Shown here in pieces: positions 58,438 through 64,000 of a stretch of 64,000 nucleotides of DNA (position 1 is its first letter; the number at the start of each line of letters is the position of its first letter). The translations under genes and the position numbers were made by a program. The notes under the pieces are model-generated. The model made no database searches. It had not been told where the DNA came from and was given only the letters and a program-made list of their open reading frames with translations. This DNA is from an uncultured Chloroflexia bacterium (GTDB taxonomy: Bacteria; Chloroflexota; Anaerolineae; Anaerolineales; UBA4823). The stretch covers positions 1,790,717 through 1,854,716 of the forward strand of contig CAVVUF010000002.1 of assembly GCA_963751425.1 (NCBI GenBank), written 5' to 3'.

Positions 58438-60514
58438 ATATTTCCAAGATGATGTCGCTGATGAACTGAAAGATTTCGGACGTCAAGGCGTAAACTAACC
58501 CAACCAGTACCCAGAGCACAAGAATGCCAACTAATGTCAGGAGCATGACGAAGATGGCTTGTCCCAGCTCAAAGTTATGAACGTTCTTGATCACTAATAA
58601 GAATTGCAGAACTAACAATCCCCAAATCAACGCCCAGGCTGTATTATGTAAAGTAAGCTCATCCCGGGTCATGAGGTTGGTTAACAAATTTAGTGGAATA
58701 GGAAAAACGATCAGGGGCCACAAAGCCCAAGCGCTGGCAATCATGACTTTACGCAGGGTGCCTTCTCCAAAGAAGATCTCACCGACCATCGAAGCGGAAA
58801 TGCACCAGGAGAGCCAGGGGACGATGATCTTGATGCTTTCGATGAGTAAGCGGATCTCTTCCGGGCGCCGAGTGCGATATTGGAAACTGAGCAGAGAGAG
58901 GCTGACCATCCAGGAGAAAATTGTCAAACCCAGCAAGATGGGCACTGCCCAAAGACCCATACGGTCACGCAAATGATGGATATTATTCAATAGTTTGGAC
59001 CAAGCACCCTGGTTTTTCCGAAAGGCAAATGCGCCGGCTGCAGCCAAGCCGATGAACCCAATCCCAAGGAAAGCGAAATTCTTGCGCATCCATAAGTAAC
59101 GGATCTCACCAAAAGCCTTCGAATAGCCATCCTTATTTTCAGCGTAATAGTATTCCTGCATGGCTTCCCGATAGTGTTTCTGGCTCATTAACGCTTTCCC
59201 CAATCCTGTATGAGCCAAGGAAAAATTGGTATTGCGCTGGGAAATTTCATACCAAATCTGGGCGGCTTTCTCGTAGCTGCCAGAAAAATATTCATACGAA
59301 GCCTGGTGGATCATGTGCGTCAATTCTGTGGGACGAAAGACTTGAATGTTTCCGCGACCTGAATTTAGGATGTAAAGCAAGCCATCTTTACCAGACACAA
59401 TGCTAACAGGCTGCTGGAGAAATCCAGCACTGGAACCGGAGCCTCCGAACATGGTGAGCATGTTCCCGGCGGGGTCAAACTGGTAGATCTGTTTATTGCG
59501 CTCGTCGATGACGGAAACAATCCCCAGCTCATCAACAGCAATATCTTGAAATTGCGGATTTTTCTGCTGCGGAACTGACATGCGCATAGCATTGTTCCAG
59601 CTCCAGGTTAACTCGCTCTCTCCAAAGAAAATGCCTTCCTTGCCAAGCAATTTGTCCCACAACTTTCCAGCACCGGTACGCGTGCCAATGTCACCAAAAA
59701 CATTGACGCCGACCGAGTTCAAACGTTGGATTTGGTCCAAACTTAGAATGGGCGACACTGCATATATGAAACCTTGCGGATCCAGGAAGAGATTACCAAG
59801 TGGGGCAGGTTGGACGAGAAGCATTCTTTTTCGCTGGACTTTGGTGGCAAAAACTCGGGTAACAAGACGGCGCAAGTTGAATTTAATGCGAGTGCGCCCA
59901 AAAAAGCCACGAAACCGCTCAGCCCCGTCGACGACGAGAACCCCCAGGTTGTTTTGTGATCCGGTAACGACATAAATAAAACCTCGCTGATCAACGACGA
60001 GTTTACTAGGGGTGAATTCTATATCATCAAGATAAGAAGAATTTGGTTTCTTGTGTTCTTGCTTAAATGCGCCATCGGGAGAGAAGACAGCGATGCGTTG
60101 ATTACCGGTATCAGCCACCCAGATATCCCCCTTTTGATCCACAAAAACTCCTTCAGGCGCATTCAGCCCGGCGGCTTCTCCTCCAATTTCAAATACATAC
60201 TTGCCTTGCGAATCCAGGAGAACGACGCGGTTGTTGCCTGTATCGGCAACCAGCAAGCGATCTGTGGTTGTATCGAGAAAGATATCTTTGGGATTTAGAA
60301 AAGTCCCTGATGGCAACTTCTCACCGCTGAACACAGCTGATTGGACATACCCAGTCGGAGCAGGCACTCGTTGCCCATCTTGAATTGTGTATCCAGGGAT
60401 CAAGGGGCCGTCGGCAGAGGCGGGCTCAAAGACAGAAATGAACAGGCTGAAAACGACGCAAGCGATGATGGTGATCCTCAGGCCATTGGAAAAAAATCTT
60501 CTTTTCTCTTTCAT
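58421..60514 (-). CDS. NHL-repeat beta-propeller, TPR and C-terminal multi-TM (Yip1-like) membrane protein
   Basis: 'LLVADTGNNRVVLLD' and 'IWVADTGNQRIAVF' NHL blades. TPR-like 'YEKAAQIWYEISQRN'. About 5 C-terminal TM helices. Confidence 0.5.
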   Translation of the reverse strand: MKEKRRFFSNGLRITIIACVVFSLFISVFEPASADGPLIPGYTIQDGQRVPAPTGYVQSAVFSGEKLPSGTFLNPKDIFLDTTTDRLLVADTGNNRVVLLDSQGKYVFEIGGEAAGLNAPEGVFVDQKGDIWVADTGNQRIAVFSPDGAFKQEHKKPNSSYLDDIEFTPSKLVVDQRGFIYVVTGSQNNLGVLVVDGAERFRGFFGRTRIKFNLRRLVTRVFATKVQRKRMLLVQPAPLGNLFLDPQGFIYAVSPILSLDQIQRLNSVGVNVFGDIGTRTGAGKLWDKLLGKEGIFFGESELTWSWNNAMRMSVPQQKNPQFQDIAVDELGIVSVIDERNKQIYQFDPAGNMLTMFGGSGSSAGFLQQPVSIVSGKDGLLYILNSGRGNIQVFRPTELTHMIHQASYEYFSGSYEKAAQIWYEISQRNTNFSLAHTGLGKALMSQKHYREAMQEYYYAENKDGYSKAFGEIRYLWMRKNFAFLGIGFIGLAAAGAFAFRKNQGAWSKLLNNIHHLRDRMGLWAVPILLGLTIFSWMVSLSLLSFQYRTRRPEEIRLLIESIKIIVPWLSWCISASMVGEIFFGEGTLRKVMIASAWALWPLIVFPIPLNLLTNLMTRDELTLHNTAWALIWGLLVLQFLLVIKNVHNFELGQAIFVMLLTLVGILVLWVLVGLVYALTSEIFQFISDIILEIYVRLY

Positions 60515-60604
60515 ACGAGAATCCTAATATAAATAAAAAGGGATGAACAGAATGGACAGGATTGGATCGAAATCATTATGCTTAGCTAATAATTTTTGAA
60601 CTAA

Positions 60605-61537
60605 TTATGACTTAATACCGGAATAGGCCATGGTTTCCATGACAAATCGCTGTAAAAAGACGAACAGGATCAGGGTAGGCAGGATCATGACCATACTGGC
60701 GGCGGCGACTGCACCCCACCGGGCGACGACACCTGGACCGCCACCGATATTGCTCATCATAAGCGGTAAGGTTTTCATCTGCTCGCTGCGGGTAAAGATC
60801 AGGGGGGTGAAGAAATCGTTCCAGGTGCCGATGAAGGAGAAGATAATCAAGGTGATCCAGGCAGGGCGCACAAGAGGCATGATAATGCGCCAGAAGATAC
60901 GCCATTCTGTAGCGCCATCCACCTTGGCAGCTTCAATCAGCTCAGTAGGAAGCTGCTCCATAAACTGTTTCATTAAAAAGAGGCCATAAGTACCTGCCAG
61001 GGCTGGTAAGATCAACCCAAAATAGGTGTCGATCATATTCAGCTGATCTACGATCAGATAGCGAGGAATCTGGGTTACTTCGGGAGCAAACATTAGGGCA
61101 GAAATAATCATGATGAAGAAGAACTTGGCACCCGGCATACGGGGATATTTTGCCAAGGGATAAGCTGCCAGGCTGCAAAGAATGACAGTTCCGGCAGCAG
61201 TGATTATGGAGACGAATAAGCTGTTGAATAAATAACGTGCAAAGGGAACCTGAAAGGAGTCGATGGCTAAGACCAGCTCCGCAAAGTTACGCAGCGTGGG
61301 GTGGCGAACAAGGAAACGTGGCGGATACAGGAACATTTCCTCCAGCGGTTTGAAAGAGGTAGAGACCATGTAAACGATGGGCAGCATGGTCAACACAGCC
61401 AGGAAGGTCATAACGATGTATTCGGAAGGTGAGGCTTGCCGCTTGATCAGACGGGTGAATCCTGCTCTTTTTCTATGAATGGTTGCCATGCGGTTAGGCG
61501 CCTCTTTCGCTGAATAATCGAATGGATAATCGACCAA
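60605..61537 (-). CDS. Carbohydrate ABC transporter permease (MalG-like)
   Basis: 'EAAKVDGATEWRIFWRIIMPLVRPA'. Confidence 0.8.
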   Translation of the reverse strand: MVDYPFDYSAKEAPNRMATIHRKRAGFTRLIKRQASPSEYIVMTFLAVLTMLPIVYMVSTSFKPLEEMFLYPPRFLVRHPTLRNFAELVLAIDSFQVPFARYLFNSLFVSIITAAGTVILCSLAAYPLAKYPRMPGAKFFFIMIISALMFAPEVTQIPRYLIVDQLNMIDTYFGLILPALAGTYGLFLMKQFMEQLPTELIEAAKVDGATEWRIFWRIIMPLVRPAWITLIIFSFIGTWNDFFTPLIFTRSEQMKTLPLMMSNIGGGPGVVARWGAVAAASMVMILPTLILFVFLQRFVMETMAYSGIKS

Positions 61538-62415
61538 GAATGAAGGTCATTAAAAACAAAACCACGGCGATCGAGGCCGCGTAGCCCATTTCGAAGTGAA
61601 TAAACCCATGCATATACAGGTGAGCCACGATAGTATGTCCGGCGTAAAGTGGGCTGGGAACACCGGCTACCTGCGCGGCAATCTGGAAAACGGCGAAGGA
61701 GTTAACGATCGCCATGACAGCTCCAAACAAGAGCTGGGGTTTCATCACGGGCAGGGTAATGTAAAAAATTTCTTGCAGGCTGCTCGAGATCCCATCCACC
61801 ATTCCAGCTTCATAAAGCTCAGCGGGCACTGCCTGCAAACCGGCCAGGAATACCAGGAAGCTGGTGCCCATGCTCATCCACAACGAAATGATGATGATTA
61901 CAGGCAGAATGGTAGACTGTTCCTGGAGCCAGGCGACAGGTTCGGTAATCAAGCCAGATTGGATCAGTAAGTAATTTAAGCAATCCATAACGATCGTTAG
62001 CAAAGAAATACAGCCAGATCACCGAGATGGCAATCCCGCTGGTGAGCGAGGGTGCGTAAAAAGCCAGGGTGTATGCCTGGCGAAACTTTAGTCGATTGAT
62101 CAGCCAGGCTAAAATAAATGAGGTTGTATATGCCAGAGGGCCAGTGATGATGGCGAAGATCAGGGTATTCTTGATGGCGGTTATAAAAACATCATCTTCC
62201 AAGAAGAGCAGGCGGTAATTGGATAGCCCGATCCAACGCGGCGGCTCGAGCATGTTGTAATATGTGAAGCTGAGATAAACGGAGGTGGCGACCGGGGCGA
62301 TCACAAAAATGATAAACAAGATGGTGAAAGGCAGCATAAAGAGATACATGGTGTGGTATTCATGCCAGGCACGTTTGGCTGCATTCCAGCGCATTGATAA
62401 GGCTTCAGCCATCAA
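61494..62415 (-). CDS. Carbohydrate ABC transporter permease (MalF-like), frameshifted (ORF pieces 61819..62415 and 61494..62003)
   Basis: Upstream piece '...FFANDRYGLL' then junk. Downstream piece '..NYLLIQSGLITEP...EAGMVDGISSSLQEIFYITLPVMKP'. Junction at 'cttaaatta' near 61985. Confidence 0.6.
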
Positions 62416-62479
62416 AAACTCCGAAACCCCTGCCCCTATTTCCTTTTATGCGGATAAAGGGAAAGGGGCATGTGGGGAA

Positions 62480-64000
62480 TTAAGGTTCGGCAAAAATGCC
62501 GAATTCTTCTTGTTTCTTGCGCAGCTCGCGGTTGATCTGCTTAATCGCTTCTTCCAATGTTTCGCGGGAATTTGAACCCTGTAAGACCACTTCATTCCAG
62601 GCATTCGCAATATGCCGGGGAGTATAGTAGCCTCCCAGGACGACAGGGCGCTCCTGGAACCACTGCCATTGTTCAGTGATCGCTTCAATATCGTGCTTCG
62701 GCCAAGCCATGCCTTGCAAGGCTTCTACATTGGCGGTGTTCCAACGGGCTTCGACACCTAAAAGGGCTTCCAGCTCAACGCCATATTGGAGCTGGATCTC
62801 TGTAGAAGTCCACCACTTCACAAATTCCCAAGCTTCTTTGGGGTGCTCAGACTGCTTGAAGATTACAACAGCGTTACCATTACCTCCCGTAGACCGGTTG
62901 ATCGAACCATCTGACATCATCTTGCCAGGGATGGGGGACATTTCCCAGCGACCGGTTAGCTCACGCGCTGCCGTGGAAAGAAGTACGTACATCCAGTAAT
63001 CGGCGATGCCGATAGGCATTTCCCCAGTCTTAAACCGATTGAAGAAATCCGCATACTGAGGAATACGGTAGTTGGTGTAAAGTCCAGTCCATTCACGAAA
63101 TGCTGCCAGGGCTTCGGGCTGGTCAAGGGCTGATTTCAGGCCGTCTTTGGTGTAATAATCTCCTCCATGCTGGAACAAGAAGGGCGTCAAGCCCTCGGAA
63201 CCAGGCGGGTAATAAAAATCCAGACCGTTTTGCTGCAGTATCCACAGCATATCGTACAATTCTTCCCAGGTCTGAGGCGGCTTAAGCCCCAGAGCATCCA
63301 GGATATCGGTGCGATAGAACATCATACTGAAGTTCTGCGTCTCAGGAAGGGCAAAAACCTGATCCTGGTAGGAGTAAGGTATCAATGCGCCTGGGCGGAA
63401 CCTTTGTGCGATCTCGGGATAATCCTCGAACTCGCTCATGGGAACCAGGGCATTGCGAATGGCAAATTCGACCGGTAAGTTCGGGTTGACAGCCGCAGCA
63501 ACATCCGGAGCTTTGCCAGCCGTAGCAGCCAGGAGGAGCACGCTGGCATCGCCGGCGGAAAGCGAGCCTGGAGGCACGAGATGGAGGTTTACTCGGATAC
63601 CAGTCTTGGGAGTGAACGATTCCTCAATCATCTCCTTCATGATCTTTCCCCATTCGGTGCCACGTGCCATCCATACCTCGAGAATTACGCCTTCATCCTG
63701 CTTTTGCGGATCATAGACGTCTCCAATGACGGTGTAGTCTTTGCGGAAGGAGGCCAGGAAATTTATGGCAGTCAAGCGCCACTGGGCTAACATGCCAGCA
63801 TCGCCAGAAGGCATTTTAGAATCGGGAGAAGAAAAAGTGAGGCTGTCTACCTCAAACTCACCTTCCTGCAAATCTAGCGCCCAATACCCCAGCATGGACT
63901 GGGTTTCACTGAGCTGCAAGAGACGGTTGGGGACTGTGTCGGGATTGTCAGCCATATTGCGAAGCTGCGAAACCACTTCCAGGAGCGTATCGGCACTGGT
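62480..64000 (-). CDS. ABC transporter extracellular solute-binding protein (family 1, sugar-binding); 5' end lies beyond the window
   Basis: Typical SBP_bac_1 C-terminal half. No signal peptide is visible at the apparent start, so the true N-terminus is upstream of position 64000. Confidence 0.6.
   Translation of the reverse strand, partial: TSADTLLEVVSQLRNMADNPDTVPNRLLQLSETQSMLGYWALDLQEGEFEVDSLTFSSPDSKMPSGDAGMLAQWRLTAINFLASFRKDYTVIGDVYDPQKQDEGVILEVWMARGTEWGKIMKEMIEESFTPKTGIRVNLHLVPPGSLSAGDASVLLLAATAGKAPDVAAAVNPNLPVEFAIRNALVPMSEFEDYPEIAQRFRPGALIPYSYQDQVFALPETQNFSMMFYRTDILDALGLKPPQTWEELYDMLWILQQNGLDFYYPPGSEGLTPFLFQHGGDYYTKDGLKSALDQPEALAAFREWTGLYTNYRIPQYADFFNRFKTGEMPIGIADYWMYVLLSTAARELTGRWEMSPIPGKMMSDGSINRSTGGNGNAVVIFKQSEHPKEAWEFVKWWTSTEIQLQYGVELEALLGVEARWNTANVEALQGMAWPKHDIEAITEQWQWFQERPVVLGGYYTPRHIANAWNEVVLQGSNSRETLEEAIKQINRELRKKQEEFGIFAEP

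Overview
64 kb of high-GC bacterial chromosome that looks like a filamentous Chloroflexota-type genome. The guess rests on proteins with Thr-Pro (TPTPTP) linkers and on many eukaryote-like signalling domains (STAND/NB-ARC, CHAT, FHA, Hanks kinase, Kelch, NHL, TPR). No rRNA, tRNA or CRISPR array was found. Most of the window is ordinary chromosome: a class A PBP, a c-type cytochrome, an SDR, a cold-shock protein, an OYE reductase, a GH13 alpha-glucosidase, a GH116 beta-glucosidase, an MttB-family methyltransferase and two sugar ABC permease loci. Three stretches look accessory or conflict-related. (1) 14.7-20.7 kb: a two-gene apoptosis-like module, a TIR-like domain fused to a CHAT caspase-like protease followed by an NB-ARC-TPR STAND NTPase, next to a Hanks Ser/Thr kinase. 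A 4xFHA-ABC exporter follows at 26-29.5 kb. (2) 36.0-42.9 kb: a metallo-beta-lactamase-fold protein and a thermolysin-like HExxH metallopeptidase in a translationally coupled operon, divergent from a second CHAT-domain protein that is followed by two small paralogous membrane proteins. I cannot assign this cluster to any described system, and it is the best candidate for something novel. (3) 51.0-52.8 kb: a small tyrosine-recombinase islet. A striking technical or biological feature is the very high number of frameshifted genes (at least ten), most at homopolymer tracts, plus one in-frame TGA. This most likely reflects indel errors in a draft or MAG assembly. All split genes are annotated as pieces, with the proposed junctions.
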